Origin: Pseudomonadota bacterium
GTDB taxonomy: Bacteria; Cyanobacteriota; Vampirovibrionia; LMEP-6097
Direction: 5' to 3'
Assembly (NCBI GenBank): GCA_009924885.1
Contig: RFQS01000001.1
Span: 1 to 30,899, forward strand
Length of the DNA: 30,899 nt
Of the stretch, positions 28,608 to 30,899 are shown one piece after another. How positions within the stretch are numbered: position 1 is the stretch's first letter; each line of letters opens with the position of its first letter. A program made the translations under genes and the position numbers. The notes beneath the pieces were generated by a model. The model saw nothing but the letters and a program-made list of their open reading frames with translations, did not search any database and was not told the origin of the DNA.

Positions 28608-29479
28608 CCAAATTCCAAAACACTGTTACCAAGAGCATCCTTAGCGTTTATTTCTAGTTTTCTTTCCGAATCATTTTGTATTAATTTTGCAAAATAGCTT
28701 AATTCATCTCCAGGGCTAACTGGTTTTGAAAAACGTGCTTTAAAGCTCTTAACAGCGGCAACTCCAAAAAAATGTACGCCAAGATTAGCTGCTAGAGCCA
28801 TGGTTGCCATGCCATGTAAGATATAACCACCTAAGCCAGAGTTTTTTCCAAGCGTATCATCCAGGTGAATGGCATTAAAATCGCCACTCGCTCCAGCATA
28901 TCTTTGTGGCATATATTTATCAATTAAGACATTCATTTGGTATTCTGTTTTAGATGTCTGTAAATATACTGGCTGTGATTCTTCTGCTGGAATTATTTTT
29001 TCAATAGGATTAAGCTTAGCTGCAATAGCAGCTAGTTTTAAAGCGAATTTTTCACTTACTGAGAAATCTTTATCATTACCACCACGAACGACGAAGGTCA
29101 TTTTTTGAGTACAAACGAGTTCCTGGTGCTCGTTATAAGACTCCACTTTGAAAACTACAAAATCATGTCCTTTTTTTGTGAAAATATTTTCAATAAATCC
29201 ACGGCTAGTAAGGGTATCACCAATTTTAGCGGTTTGATGATAGATGAATTCTTGGTCTCCATGTACTAATTTTTTTAGGTTTAAATTTAAGTCTGGATCA
29301 TAGAGTACAGCTTCCAGTAAAGCAGAGGCATAAACTACGGGGAAAGTCAGGGGGAGTATTTCGGTATATCGAAATTGTTCACCTTTAGTCGCTCTGATAA
29401 ATTCTTTAACCTTTTCTCTACCGATTTCGTAGTGGGTTTCAGGATATATTTTACCGATAAACTTAGTATCAATACTCAT
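28589..29479 (-). CDS. Double hotdog (R)-specific acyl dehydratase: HadA-like plus MaoC/HadB-like fusion
   Basis: N-half YEIGREKVKEF...VHGDQEF; C-half catalytic RYAGASGDFNAIH...ILHGM...RFSKPV. Confidence 0.85.
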   Translation of the reverse strand: MSIDTKFIGKIYPETHYEIGREKVKEFIRATKGEQFRYTEILPLTFPVVYASALLEAVLYDPDLNLNLKKLVHGDQEFIYHQTAKIGDTLTSRGFIENIFTKKGHDFVVFKVESYNEHQELVCTQKMTFVVRGGNDKDFSVSEKFALKLAAIAAKLNPIEKIIPAEESQPVYLQTSKTEYQMNVLIDKYMPQRYAGASGDFNAIHLDDTLGKNSGLGGYILHGMATMALAANLGVHFFGVAAVKSFKARFSKPVSPGDELSYFAKLIQNDSERKLEINAKDALGNSVLEFGYLDFC

Positions 29480-29523
29480 GATTTAATAATACAGGACATC
29501 CCTTTGTTTTATGATTAAATCCT

Positions 29524-29793
29524 ATGGTAGTACAGAGTAAAGAGATAGTAATTTATACATGGGATCATTGCCCTTATTGTCAGAAAGCTTTAGCCTTGCT
29601 TAGGGCTAAAGAATTAGAGTTTAAGCAGATTCGCATAGATGGTGATGAAGCCGCTAGAGAGGAGCTTTCTCAAAGAACTAAAGGGAATCGTAAGTCTGTA
29701 CCGCAAGTTTTTATAGGTGGTGTATCCATTGGTGGCTGTGATGATTTACATGCCCTTGAGGCAAGCGGTGAATTACAGAAGATACTTGCATAA
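29524..29793 (+). CDS. grxC: Glutaredoxin 3
   Basis: CPYC active site, SVPQVFI, IGGCDDL. Confidence 0.95.
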   Translation: MVVQSKEIVIYTWDHCPYCQKALALLRAKELEFKQIRIDGDEAAREELSQRTKGNRKSVPQVFIGGVSIGGCDDLHALEASGELQKILA

Positions 29794-30533
29794 TGGTAGA
29801 GTCACGAGATTATTCAAGCTTAGCTGAAAGAGCTAGTAGGTATAGAAAACAGAAGTCTTTAGGGCAGTGCTTTTTGATAGATGAGTCTATTCATGAACAA
29901 ATAGTGCAATCGGCTAGTTTAGATAAAGATTCTGATGTTGTTTTAGAAATAGGTGCTGGTATAGGTTTCCTGACTGAAAGATTAATACCTTTAGCAAAAG
30001 AGGTCTACGCTGTTGAATTGGATAGCTCAGCTTGTTTTCATTTAGATCTATTATCAAGATTAAATAAAAATTTTAAATTCTTTAATCAGGATTTTTTACA
30101 GTTTAAGCTCCCAGAGCTTATTCCTCATGCTAAGAAAATTAAGATAGTCGCTAATATTCCTTATCAGATTACCACTAAGATAATTTTGCATTTACTCGGT
30201 GAAATTGGTTTTCCTAGCGAGAATCAAGCTCAGCTTGATGAAATTTATATTTTAGTACAGAAAGAGTATGCAGAAAGGCTTATAGCGAATCTTGGCACTA
30301 AACAGTATTCTGCTTTAACTCATTTTGTGAGTTATTGGGCTGAAACTGAGTATCTATTTACAGTTGAGCCGAAGTGTTTTCAGCCAGCTCCTAAAGTTAC
30401 CTCAGCCTTTATTAAAATTAAGCTTAGAGATAAGCCTTTGGTGGAGACAGAGAATCCTAAACAGTTAAGAAGGTTTATTAAGGCTATTTTTGCAAATCGC
30501 CGTAAGGTGCTTACTAATGCTTTAAAAGCTGCT
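29793..30533 (+). CDS. rsmA: 16S rRNA dimethyltransferase RsmA/KsgA, C-terminal end replaced (absent from the ORF track because the frame has no stop in the window)
   Basis: My translation from ATG 29793 (TAATG overlap with grxC): KSLGQCFLID, VLEIGAGIG, AVELD, VANIPYQIT, VQKEYAER, FQPAPKVTSA, RRKVLTNAL. Confidence 0.93.
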
Positions 30534-30899
30534 GGATATACAGAAACTGGTGCATTTAATCAAAACTTGACAGTTTCTAGAAAAGAGCTAAATAGAGTAG
30601 AATTAGTAGCAGGAGCAAGGATCTACGGTTCTGACTATACGCTAAATGGATTAACCATCCTTCCTGAGATGCATGGATTCGTAAACCAGGATGTAGTAGG
30701 TAAAAAACCAAAAACAGATATTAGGTTAGCAGGAGTTTCCGGTTACCTCAACGGTAAAGGTGGAAAACCAGTTAAGACTTTATTTAATGCCGGTCTGAGC
30801 TTAAATACGTCTTATAACAAGATGGAATATGGTTTAGGTTATGATGCTCACATGGCTAAAAAATATGTAGCGCACCAAGCTAATTTAAGGGTTAGAGTT
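30534..30899 (+). other. C-terminal autotransporter beta-barrel fragment of Rickettsiales Sca/OmpA/OmpB type, in frame with rsmA; probable chimeric join
   Basis: Translation GYTETGAFNQNLTV...ILPEMHGFV...FNAGLSL...KMEYGLGYDAHMAKKYVAHQANLRVRV closely follows the Rickettsia rOmpA-type ending (YKETG...YPEIHSFV...KMEYGIGYD...KYTAHQGTLKVRVNF, recalled from memory). Confidence 0.8.

Noticed and set aside
3761-29108. Short ORFs in the track that overlap longer genes (3761-3961, 6346-6624, 6852-7067, 7872-8054, 9442-9624, 11548-11787, 13070-13345, 19371-19586, 19764-19985, 20443-20787, 20939-21148, 23496-23717, 25942-26226, 25989-26252, 26864-27049, 28869-29108)
   Set aside because: All lie antisense or out of frame within well-supported genes and show no recognisable motif; treated as shadow ORFs.
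29793-30899. A functional RsmA-autotransporter fusion protein
   Set aside because: Both parts are incomplete, their cellular locations are incompatible and no signal peptide is present; kept only as a probable chimera.

Overview
AT-rich, very densely packed bacterial chromosome segment. The host is probably a flagellated, non-photosynthetic relative of Cyanobacteria (Vampirovibrionia/Melainabacteria). This is an inference from cyanobacterial-style MgdA, glutaredoxin and MDR dehydrogenase genes sitting beside flagellar genes. Contents: scattered flagellar genes (fliL 3' part, fliM, fliS, motB); housekeeping genes (ilvC, ltaE, tyrS, grxC, rsmA, comEA, an LCP protein, a double hotdog dehydratase); envelope glycosyltransferases (GT-C plus GtrB-like pair, MgdA-like GT2); a PdtaS/PdtaR-type ANTAR two-component pair; and accessory genes (AbiEi/AbiEii type IV TA pair, AAA_14-DUF4143 ATPase), each with a palindrome over its promoter. 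Best candidate for an undescribed system: two paralogous helical-repeat + catalytically dead AAA-like proteins, one membrane-anchored, translationally coupled behind an orphan motB (23854-28607). Other points: FliM lacks its CheY-binding peptide; many genes look leaderless; a Gfo/Idh/MocA gene carries a frameshifting deletion; the last 366 nt switch in frame from RsmA to a Rickettsiales-type autotransporter beta-barrel, most likely an assembly chimera. I saw no rRNA, tRNA, CRISPR array or transposase. All family calls come from motif recognition by eye; no database search was run.
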